DNA of 36,745 nucleotides from a virus. Shown here one piece after another: positions 25,942-33,269 of this stretch. Under the pieces are notes generated by a model. That model did not search any database. It was given only the letters and a program-made list of their open reading frames with translations, and was not told the origin of the DNA. Positions within the stretch are counted from its first letter, which is position 1. Each line of letters starts with the position of its first letter. Made by a program: the position numbers and the translations under genes. The stretch lies in IMG/VR virus record IMGVR_UViG_3300045988_158810; one strand, written 5' to 3'.

Positions 25942-26332
25942 AGCTCCCCTCCATGTATCTGATGACTGTATCCCTGGCATCCTGCCATCCGTGGCACACG
26001 GCCACCCCGTAGCCGGCCCGTGACAGGAGCTCCCCGACTATCTTTTGCGCGGTGCTGGTGGCGCCGCCTTTTGCCTTCTTCATCTCGATAAAAAGCCCGT
26101 GCAGGCCGCCAGCCGGGTAAGCAAGGAAGACGTCCGGCACGCCTGCCAGTACGCCTTCAGCTTTGAGCCTCGCACCGGTGACGGCCGAGCGGGCGCCGCC
26201 ATTGGGCACGGCGAACATGAGCGCCGCCGGGTACTGGGATCTGTACATGTCCCACCATCTGAAGAGCGCCTGCTGCTCACGGCTTTCTGATGCTTGCCCT
26301 GCTGTATTCACACGATTAACAATTTTCATCAC
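25919..26332 (-). CDS. VRR-NUC domain nuclease
   Basis: QQALFRWWDMYRSQYPAALMFAVPNGGARSAVTGARLKAEGVLAGVPDVFLAYPAGGLHGLFIEMK matches the VRR-NUC core (E…PNgG.R…GvpDl.l…G.lfiE.K). Confidence 0.8.
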   Translation of the reverse strand: MMKIVNRVNTAGQASESREQQALFRWWDMYRSQYPAALMFAVPNGGARSAVTGARLKAEGVLAGVPDVFLAYPAGGLHGLFIEMKKAKGGATSTAQKIVGELLSRAGYGVAVCHGWQDARDTVIRYMEGSYGHERVD

Positions 26333-26339
26333 ACGAATA

Positions 26340-26625
26340 ACCTATTTATTATATAAATAATAAAAAAATATATTTTTTATATAAAATTTAATAAGGCAGA
26401 TATGTTGTTCAATAAGGCATCAATAATGCATCTGTAAGTATCTGTTTTTACTGGATAAGGCAGATAAGGCAGATAAGGCAACCTATACCTTTTTATCATG
26501 CTCTGTGTTTCTTATAGCCAGCCCCCCACCCTTAAAACCTGCCTTATTTGCCTTATCCAGTAATTTCAAATAGTTACATGTGCATTATTGGTGCCTTATT
26601 GCTGCCTTATTGCTGCCTTATTGAA
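26340..26625. repeat. AT-rich block plus iteron array (5x ATAAGGCA and 5x TGCCTTAT in mirror arrangement), candidate replication origin
   Basis: AT-rich, DUE-like segment at 26340-26400. ATAAGGCA at ~26391, 26412 and three tandem 9-mers gataaggca at 26454-26480. Complementary TGCCTTAT at ~26540, 26549 and three tandem 11-mers tgccttattgc at 26592-26624. Sits directly downstream of the primase gene. Confidence 0.6.
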
Positions 26626-26654
26626 TTGATAACCAGCTGTTTTTATTCAACATT

Positions 26655-28856
26655 TTACTGTTCCCCTTCCTTTTCTTCTACCAGACAGAAAAGGTCAAGC
26701 GGTTTTTGTGATTTTGGCGTTTTTTTCCACGCGGGGATTACCCGCAGGCGGTTCATCTGGATGAGCTTGTCGCGAACGTCCTTCGCCTGCTTGGGGGTGG
26801 CGCCCTTCAGTGCCTTCTCAATGACGTACCAGGGCGCGCCCGGCTTATCCTGCTTTCTGGAGGCCTCGCGTTTCCGGTAGCGGGTGATGGCGTTTTGGGC
26901 GTCAAGGCACCACTTTTCAAAATCGGAAGCGTGGACGTTCTGCTCTATCTGCTTCACGAGCCGGGCGGAAAGCGTCCGCACGAGAAGCCACGCCCAGGAC
27001 ACGTCAGGGAGTGTCACCTGGTCCGTCAGTACGTCCGCGCCGCACCGGGAAAGCGCGTGTATGAGCGCGATTTTGATCGTGTGCTCAGCGGCGCGCCCCC
27101 ATATAGCAGCGGCGGCCGCCTCTTCGCCGTCATCACCGCCGCCGGTAAAAGCCAGCGTATCGCAGTCATCCATGATGGTATGGACGAGCCGCCGCGCGTC
27201 ATCGGCGAAGGGTATGACGTGGGGGCGGGCCATAGTCTCAAGGCTTACCCCGCCGGACGGCGTTTTTTCGGGCGTCTGCTCGCCGCCGGGTATCGTCCAG
27301 ATAGCGGAGAGTGCGGCCTGCAGTTCCGGCGGTATGGTCATGTCGGGGCTGTAGTTGCGCGGTGCCAGTTCCGGCGCCGTCCGCTCGAACACGAGAAGAC
27401 GTGCCAGAAAGCCGTTCGTTGTCTCGCCTTCCTGAATAGCGCCCCAAAACTCCTGCGGGACGCTCAGGCCCAGCAGGCTCAGCGCCTGCCACGCAATAAT
27501 CTTGTTGCGGTCGGTGTCTGCATACGTTTTCACGTATGGGGACGCGTAGCAGCTGAATAACTCAGTCAGGAGCTTGGCTATGCCGGCGCGCGGGCTGTTC
27601 GGGTTTTTGCAGGCCTTGAGGAAAAGGCCGAGTTCGTCAAAGACGAAGCACAGACGATGGCGGCCGGTCTGCGCTATCGTGTTGATTATGGCTGCGTCGG
27701 AAGCGACGTCCATGCCGCCCAAAGCATCGCCGCCGGTGACGGCCTTGAGCAGGCGGGTGACGGCCTGTTTGGGGGCGTCCTTGCCGGACGCGGAGCGGCC
27801 AAGGACGGCACAATAGACATTTGTCGTCAGGCCGGTTTCAGCCTTGATGCGCTGGCCGGCAAGTGTGCCGAGAACGGCGATTGCGCCAGGCAGAGAGTAT
27901 TCCGGCGCTGTACGTGCAGAGGCGCGCGCCGTGTAGTCCATGATGGCTTCCAGCAGCCCTCCGGGATGCAGAAGCTCATCAGGAAAAGCGGCGTCAGCCT
28001 CATCATCTACCGGCTGGAGTTCAAGGCCGGACATATCCGTAGCCAGGGCGTCAGGGCTGTCTGTCTTCCCCAGCGGATGATTGCGCTGATGGGTCTTGTA
28101 GATACCGCCCACGATACCGACTACTTCACGCGCCTTCAGGGGCGGCGTGCAGATGTCGCTGTTCTTCTCCAGCGTGAGTTTCAGCGCCCGGTCAGGCGGG
28201 CACCCGCTCCCGATAAGCGCGGCGGCGTAGGACAACAGGGTATTATGTCTGTTCCCCTCCAGCACCTCAGAATACTTGGCCCGAATATCGGCTATCCGCT
28301 CATCCAGACCTGATAAGTCTATGGAGCTGGCAGGCTTCAGGATGGCAAACTCCGGCGCGTACTCCCATACGCCGGGGAACTCGACGTCAGCGGTGTAGAT
28401 AACGCCGCTTTCGTGGACGGAGCCGGGGGCGACGGCGTACTGTCCGTCGCTGCGCAGTTCCGCGTGTACCCCGTCCTTGCGCGGGTCGATCGCCTTAAGG
28501 TCATCGACGTATTCAGGGCCGGGATGATGATAGTAGAGATGCCACCCGCGGGACGTCTTAACCTTAACCGGAGTAGTCGGGAGGTGGAGCTGTGCCCACT
28601 TGTAGGCGGCTTCATCGTCACAGTCGAACACGACCAGATCCGAGACCACCCCGGCAACGCACCCCCAGTTGCAGCCAGGAAATTTTTCGGCCCACTTTAG
28701 GATCTGCTCAGTGTCAGCGGCCTGCGTTTGGTACGGAGCCCACTCAGAGAGCTGCGATACTTTCGTTCCCCTTCGTAGGGGCACCATAGAGAAGCCGCAC
28801 TTCTCTGCCAGATAGACGGCGATTTCCGCCGCGGGTTTTCCTTCAAAAGGATTCAT
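26655..28856 (-). CDS. bifunctional primase-polymerase (Prim-Pol N-terminal domain) / DNA primase-helicase (D5/P4-type C-terminal region)
   Basis: N-terminal …GCNWGCVAGVVSDLVVFDCDDE…TSRGWHLYYHH…DGQYAVAPGS fits the PrimPol domain. A Walker-A-like GRSASGKD lies in the C-terminal helicase region. 733 aa; ATGA-coupled to the cro-like gene. Confidence 0.8.
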   Translation of the reverse strand: MNPFEGKPAAEIAVYLAEKCGFSMVPLRRGTKVSQLSEWAPYQTQAADTEQILKWAEKFPGCNWGCVAGVVSDLVVFDCDDEAAYKWAQLHLPTTPVKVKTSRGWHLYYHHPGPEYVDDLKAIDPRKDGVHAELRSDGQYAVAPGSVHESGVIYTADVEFPGVWEYAPEFAILKPASSIDLSGLDERIADIRAKYSEVLEGNRHNTLLSYAAALIGSGCPPDRALKLTLEKNSDICTPPLKAREVVGIVGGIYKTHQRNHPLGKTDSPDALATDMSGLELQPVDDEADAAFPDELLHPGGLLEAIMDYTARASARTAPEYSLPGAIAVLGTLAGQRIKAETGLTTNVYCAVLGRSASGKDAPKQAVTRLLKAVTGGDALGGMDVASDAAIINTIAQTGRHRLCFVFDELGLFLKACKNPNSPRAGIAKLLTELFSCYASPYVKTYADTDRNKIIAWQALSLLGLSVPQEFWGAIQEGETTNGFLARLLVFERTAPELAPRNYSPDMTIPPELQAALSAIWTIPGGEQTPEKTPSGGVSLETMARPHVIPFADDARRLVHTIMDDCDTLAFTGGGDDGEEAAAAAIWGRAAEHTIKIALIHALSRCGADVLTDQVTLPDVSWAWLLVRTLSARLVKQIEQNVHASDFEKWCLDAQNAITRYRKREASRKQDKPGAPWYVIEKALKGATPKQAKDVRDKLIQMNRLRVIPAWKKTPKSQKPLDLFCLVEEKEGEQ

Positions 28857-29053
28857 GACTTGTCCCCGCGGGGGGTGATTGTCAGGTGATAGCCGATACT
28901 CGACAGGATGTTGCGGGCTACGGCCATTTTGACGTTTTTCCCCTGCATAGCTCTGTAGAGTGTCGCCCGGCTGACTTTAGCGCGCTTGGCGAGTGCGCAT
29001 ACTGTTTCCCCGGAACGGCTGATGTAGTCATGGATAAGTCTGTCATATTTCAT
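28853..29053 (-). CDS. Cro-like HTH regulator (XRE family)
   Basis: 66 aa with an HTH (ALAKRAKVSRATLYRAMQG). Divergent from cI across an operator-containing spacer. Confidence 0.6.
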   Translation of the reverse strand: MKYDRLIHDYISRSGETVCALAKRAKVSRATLYRAMQGKNVKMAVARNILSSIGYHLTITPRGDKS

Positions 29054-29146
29054 GGACGCATTGTCTCATATTATAGACAATGTGGCAACCCCATAGTCTC
29101 ATGATTCGTTGTTTCACTTCTGAGACAAAAAAGGTAAGGAGTATCT
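29054..29146. promoter_or_regulatory. cI/cro divergent promoter-operator region
   Basis: A 24-bp palindrome cattgtctcatattatagacaatg at ~29059-29082. A second inverted repeat gtctca-N19-tgagac at ~29096-29126. Shared half-site TTGTCTCAT. RBS aaggtaaggag precedes cI. Confidence 0.6.
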
Positions 29147-29767
29147 ATGAAAACATACGATCAGATTGTTGCCTGTTTGCGCCGTGCGGCTGATATCGCC
29201 GGCGGGAAGTCTGAACTTTTACGCTTTTTAGGCGCGAAGAAAGCTACATTTTACAGGGCTATGGATGATGACAATCCCGCCCTGCCAAGCCCGGAAGTCC
29301 TTTGTGAGTGGCTTGACAAGCTGCATATTTCCTTTGTGTCTCCTGGGGAGGAGATGAAGCAGTTCGAGCTTGTGCCGCGTGTCAGGGCGGTAGCAGGGGC
29401 CGGTGAAAGTCTGGAGACGGACGATCATATAGATGGTTACTACGCTTTCCGTGACGATTTTTTCCGGAAAAACGGGATTCACCCCAAGAAGTGTGCCATG
29501 CTATTAGTTCGCGGTGACAGTATGGAGCCGCTCATCAGGGATGGTGATTTCATTTTGGTTGACCAGGGGGACAAGGATCCGCAGGACGGATTGATTTATC
29601 TCTTGGGCGTATCAGGGGCGTTGATGGTGAAGCGGCTTTTCCGGCTTCCGACAGGGTGGCGCCTCCATTCAGAAAACCGGAGTTACTCACCTATAGATCT
29701 ACAGGGGGATGAGCTAGATTCTTTCCGTGTCTTTGGCCGCGTTCGGTGGTTCGGGCGGGTTCTTTAG
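29147..29767 (+). CDS. cI: CI-like repressor (N-terminal HTH plus C-terminal S24 LexA-type peptidase)
   Basis: The S24 motif GDSMEPLIRDGDFILVD…VKRL is present. N-terminal DNA-binding region. 206 aa. Confidence 0.85.
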   Translation: MKTYDQIVACLRRAADIAGGKSELLRFLGAKKATFYRAMDDDNPALPSPEVLCEWLDKLHISFVSPGEEMKQFELVPRVRAVAGAGESLETDDHIDGYYAFRDDFFRKNGIHPKKCAMLLVRGDSMEPLIRDGDFILVDQGDKDPQDGLIYLLGVSGALMVKRLFRLPTGWRLHSENRSYSPIDLQGDELDSFRVFGRVRWFGRVL

Positions 29768-29782
29768 CTGGAGGGTATAATA

Positions 29783-30184
29783 ATGGTAAGGGGAATACTG
29801 TTCCTGTTCGCTGTGTTATTTTTGTTTTGCGCGCCTGCCAGCGCGCAGCAACCCATTCAAATAACTCTGCATTTGTCTAAGCAGCTTCCCGGGGTAAGTC
29901 TGTACGGAGATCTACTGGAGCAAAAGCCTTCTGACAGTTTTGGCACCGTAAAAGTAAGTGTTGTGACGGATGGGCGTGCCGCACGCGTAGCATGGAACGG
30001 CATCGAGTATCACGGGGTAGTAATCACCTCCGGGAGAGGAGAAAGTCATATCGTTTATCCCGACGAGTACGGGCTGGATGTCATCACGCTTTATCCCAGT
30101 GGCATTTGCGGGGTAACAGCGCAGCGCGTTTCCGCGACAACGGGGAAGCCAAATATTCTGGCGGTTCCTTGCGTGTATAATTGA
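29783..30184 (+). CDS. secreted protein with signal peptide, co-transcribed with cI (lysogeny-expressed moron)
   Basis: N-terminal MVRGILFLFAVLFLFCAPASAQQ signal peptide with an AXA cleavage site. GGAGGG RBS. 16 nt downstream of the cI stop. Followed by a terminator. Confidence 0.5.
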   Translation: MVRGILFLFAVLFLFCAPASAQQPIQITLHLSKQLPGVSLYGDLLEQKPSDSFGTVKVSVVTDGRAARVAWNGIEYHGVVITSGRGESHIVYPDEYGLDVITLYPSGICGVTAQRVSATTGKPNILAVPCVYN

Positions 30185-30207
30185 GCAGGTTTTTGAGCCA
30201 TTTTTTT

Positions 30208-30240
30208 TAAGTCCGTCTTTTTAGGCGGACTTTTTTTATT
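30208..30240 (+). terminator. rho-independent terminator ending the cI operon
   Basis: Hairpin aagtccgtc-ttttta-ggcggactt followed by TTTTTTTATTT. Confidence 0.65.
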
Positions 30241-30276
30241 TTTTCTGTCTCTATTTTGAGAAAAATAAGTTGACGT

Positions 30277-30310
30277 ATTGTCTCATAAGTGAGATTCTGT
30301 CTTTGCCAGC
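30277..30310 (+). promoter_or_regulatory. candidate CI-controlled early promoter with a third operator-like site
   Basis: TTGACG followed by gtattgtctcataagtgagattctgtct. It contains the same ATTGTCTCAT half-site as the cI/cro operators and a palindrome tctcataagtgaga. Confidence 0.45.
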
Positions 30311-30494
30311 GGGGAGAAGAGCCGCAGAAAGGAACCTTCCGAGGCCCCGAGTAAGCAAAGGCTCTACCCACCAAAGGCCCCGTCTGTCCGGCAGGGACGG
30401 CCTGAACCATAAGGTAAGTCGGCATAGCCGCACACTGCCTTACCAGTAAGGTACGAAGAACGAGGGACACGAGGACGGGATAAGGAGGCATAAA

Positions 30495-30725
30495 ATGTAC
30501 ACAGCCACAGAACGTTTTTCCGACGCAGCCGCCCTGCTCTCCGTTATCGAGAGTCGCACAGTCCGTGAAGGCCGCAAGGCCTTCGCATGGCAGATGGCCA
30601 TGCAGGCACGCCGCACCCGCCGCGAGCGCATCATCGAGATAATCACCACCACGATTGCCGCCGTGGCATGGGTAGCCTGCGTCCTCATCACAAGCGGAAT
30701 GTTTTTCGTCGTGGGCACAGAATAG
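30495..30725 (+). CDS. small membrane protein (basic N-terminus, single C-terminal TM)
   Basis: Strong RBS TAAGGAGG. C-terminal IIEIITTTIAAVAWVACVLITSGMFFVVG transmembrane helix. First gene after the early promoter and leader. Confidence 0.4.
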   Translation: MYTATERFSDAAALLSVIESRTVREGRKAFAWQMAMQARRTRRERIIEIITTTIAAVAWVACVLITSGMFFVVGTE

Positions 30726-30734
30726 GGCAAAAAA

Positions 30735-31031
30735 ATGAAATATCTTTTCTCAAAAAAAATTCGTATCGAAGACTTCACTCGTTTTATCGAAAGGCACGCC
30801 GGAGAGTTCGTCAGTGAGCAATCGCTTGAGAGCATTGTCAGTGCCGCAAAAAAAGAAGTGTGGAGATTGACTGTCGGTAATGATTTTATCCCAGACTCAA
30901 GCGTCCTTTCAGACGGCATCACGCAAAGTCTAATCTACGACATAGACGCTGTCGTGTGCTATCCGGATGATGCCGAAGAATACAGCAAATTTGGCAAAAA
31001 AATCATCAGGGTAAAAGCATTGAATAGCTAA
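30735..31031 (+). CDS. hypothetical protein in a low-GC island
   Basis: A 98-aa ORF with markedly lower GC (~44%) and A-runs compared with the ~62% genome average. No motif. Confidence 0.4.
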   Translation: MKYLFSKKIRIEDFTRFIERHAGEFVSEQSLESIVSAAKKEVWRLTVGNDFIPDSSVLSDGITQSLIYDIDAVVCYPDDAEEYSKFGKKIIRVKALNS

Positions 31032-31250
31032 ATTTCCCGCCCGGAGTGGCCGGAGCGGGGACGCGGTACGCCGAAAGCCGCGTAAGGGAACGGGGGGCCG
31101 GAGCAGTAACGAGAAGAGATTGCCCGGCCCCCTACCAAGCAAATTTCCACTTTTCCCACCTCAGGGCACGGGGCGGGAAGTCATGCGGTTTCCTCCCGCA
31201 CACAGGACAAAGGCGGGGCGATGAGCCCCGCCGCAAAAGGAGAAAATATT
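31032..31250 (+). other. GC-rich structured non-coding segment
   Basis: Contains the hairpin cgcggtacgccgaaagccgcg. The direct repeat ggccggagc occurs twice. An 8-bp stem ggcggggc/gccccgcc is present. No credible ORF; the next gene starts with a strong RBS at 31251. Confidence 0.35.
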
Positions 31251-31625
31251 ATGGTCATAAACTGCACTCCCCATGAAGTGGCTATATACAGCACCGCCGA
31301 TTGCTACATGCGTGATGGGTGTCTCTATCTTCGGGATGACGCGGAAAAATTCCCCAAGCCCTTCCGCACGTTCCCGGCCGCCAAGGAGCCTGCACGCGTG
31401 ACCTTCGCACAGGACCACGCAGGCATGGCGGAAGGGATCCTGATTTATCGCTGGTTCACGGAGGATATTGTCAACCTTCCCGAACCGAAGCCGGGAACGC
31501 TTTATATCGTATCTAAAAAGGTTGCTCAGGCATGCCCGGAGCGGGAAGATCTCATCTTCCCAGGAACCATGGTCCGCGACGCCGACGGTCATATCGTCGG
31601 ATGCATCGACTTCTCCAGAGTGTAG
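31251..31625 (+). CDS. hypothetical protein (124 aa)
   Basis: Internal ATG with AAAGGAGAAAATATTATG RBS. The upstream part of the track ORF is occupied by a stable hairpin. Confidence 0.45.
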   Translation: MVINCTPHEVAIYSTADCYMRDGCLYLRDDAEKFPKPFRTFPAAKEPARVTFAQDHAGMAEGILIYRWFTEDIVNLPEPKPGTLYIVSKKVAQACPEREDLIFPGTMVRDADGHIVGCIDFSRV

Positions 31626-31646
31626 GGGCGAAACAAGGAGTAAAAA

Positions 31647-32057
31647 ATGTCCACAATAGAAAATCTTCTCAGGGAAGGGCTTACGCTCAAGCAGGAGATA
31701 GACGCCAGCCAGCAAAAGCTCCGGGAGATTAACAAACAGATTGCCGAGCAGGCAGAGTTCAAACCCGGTTCTTCCACCGGCCATATCGCCGCAGGCAACA
31801 TCATGGCGAAGGTCACGAAGCGCCAGAATGTGAAGTGGGACCAGGACGCGCTTGCCGTAGCGCATAAAAAAATGGGTACAGAGCTTTTTGCCAAGGCCTT
31901 CACGTATAAATTCGAACCGATTAACGCCCGCCAGCTCAAAAACTGGCTTTCTTCCGGGGACGTCCCCGACGAGGCGAAGCACCTTATCCTTGAGGCGCGT
32001 ACCGTGACGGAAGGCGCTCCGTCCGTGGTGTATGAGGAGGCTAGCGATGCTGACTAG
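31647..32057 (+). CDS. Gp157-like protein (Sipho_Gp157 family), partner of Sak4
   Basis: A 136-aa coiled-coil N-terminus immediately upstream of the AAA_24/DUF669/helicase genes. This is the canonical position for Gp157. Confidence 0.4.
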   Translation: MSTIENLLREGLTLKQEIDASQQKLREINKQIAEQAEFKPGSSTGHIAAGNIMAKVTKRQNVKWDQDALAVAHKKMGTELFAKAFTYKFEPINARQLKNWLSSGDVPDEAKHLILEARTVTEGAPSVVYEEASDAD

Positions 32058-32793
32058 GATTACTCCGCAGTCCGCGGACCGGATTTGTGCCCTCATTCTT
32101 GGGGCTTCCGGTATCGGGAAAACGTCACAGCTCAGGTGCCTGCTGGGGCAGCGCTTTAATCCCGCTTCCGGAAAGTGGGAGAAAGACGCGGCGGCCGTCC
32201 CGGAAAAGGTCCTTGTCCTCTCCGCGGAAAGCGGCCTTCTCTGTGTGCGTGATTTCGTGGCGTCAGGCGCAGTTGAGGGCTTCGAGATTCGCAGCCTGGA
32301 AGAGTTCAAGGAGGCCCTGTTGTACTGCCGCTCCCCCGAGTTCGCGGAAGGCAAATATAAGTGGGTGTTCATTGACAGTCTCACAGAGATTGCCGCCCGC
32401 TGCGTGGAGAGCCTTCAGCGCAAATACCCCAAGAGAGACGATACATTTAAGTTGTGGGGTGAATACAGTCAGACCATGACAGACCTTGTGAAAGCGTTCC
32501 GGGACATGCCTATGTGCTCAGTCGTTTTTACCTGCCTGACGACGCAGGAACAGGACGAGTTCAAGCGCCGGTACTACGCCCCAGACATCGACGGGAAAGC
32601 CGTAAAATCGCGCCTCCCCTCGTTCTTCGACGAAGTTCTCTACATGGACAGAACCACAGGCGAAAACGGGACCTCGTATGTCGTCTTCCAGACCACAGAG
32701 CCAGCCGGCCTTGCAAAAGACCGGTCCGGCAAGCTGGCTCCCGTTGAAGAACCTAACATACTCAAAATTAAGAACAAAATCATCAGCAAGTAA
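32047..32793 (+). CDS. sak4: Sak4-like AAA_24 ATPase (RecA-like single-strand annealing/recombination protein)
   Basis: Walker A ALILGASGIGKTSQ and hhhhD…T motif VFIDSLTEI. Start at the ATG with GAGGAGG RBS. Confidence 0.8.
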   Translation: MLTRITPQSADRICALILGASGIGKTSQLRCLLGQRFNPASGKWEKDAAAVPEKVLVLSAESGLLCVRDFVASGAVEGFEIRSLEEFKEALLYCRSPEFAEGKYKWVFIDSLTEIAARCVESLQRKYPKRDDTFKLWGEYSQTMTDLVKAFRDMPMCSVVFTCLTTQEQDEFKRRYYAPDIDGKAVKSRLPSFFDEVLYMDRTTGENGTSYVVFQTTEPAGLAKDRSGKLAPVEEPNILKIKNKIISK

Positions 32794-32804
32794 GGAGATT
32801 ACTC

Positions 32805-33269
32805 ATGGATATGCCTTTTGACCTCTCAAACGTCCGTACCGTTGGCGCTGGCACCATTCTTCCTCCCGGAGATTATGAGATTGTGATTAAGAACGCCGAA
32901 CCGAAGCAGACCAAGGACGGCGAAACGTACATCAATTTGTGGTACTCCGTTGTCGGGCCCACGCATACGGGCGCGATTGTTTTTGAAGCGCTCCACCTCT
33001 GGAGCGGGAACACCACCCGCACGGAGATCTCCCTGCAGCATTTGAAGAGTATCCGTGAGGCGTGCGGGCTCAATCCCAATGTCGGCGGAACTACCGACGA
33101 GCTCATCAATAAGCGCCTCCGCATCAGGGTTGGCGTCCGCGAATATAACGGCGACCAGTACCAGAGCTTCAAGAGGTATGCCCCGTGCGTTGCCGCAGCC
33201 GCGGCGGCCGCCAGTACTGCCAGTGTTCCCCCGCAGGGCGGCGCCGCGCCGGCCGGGATGCCGTGGTAA
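32805..33269 (+). CDS. DUF669 phage protein (SSB-like partner of Sak4)
   Basis: …ILPPGDYEIVIKNAEPKQTKDGETYINLWYSVV…AIVFEALHL… followed by an Ala-rich acidic tail. Typical DUF669 position between Sak4 and the helicase. Confidence 0.6.
   Translation: MDMPFDLSNVRTVGAGTILPPGDYEIVIKNAEPKQTKDGETYINLWYSVVGPTHTGAIVFEALHLWSGNTTRTEISLQHLKSIREACGLNPNVGGTTDELINKRLRIRVGVREYNGDQYQSFKRYAPCVAAAAAAASTASVPPQGGAAPAGMPW

Noticed and set aside
26391-26625. Possible CRISPR array
   Set aside because: The repeat units are only 8-11 nt and directly abut one another with no spacers. They occur in both orientations around a centre, which is iteron or operator architecture rather than CRISPR.
30207-30491. 94-aa minus-strand ORF in the early leader
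   Set aside because: Antisense to the promoter-leader region. Arg/Leu-rich, with no RBS. The region is better explained as structured RNA.
31161-32384. 407-aa minus-strand ORF
   Set aside because: Antisense to the Gp157/Sak4 genes, which have Walker motifs and RBSs. The translation is Arg/Ser-rich.
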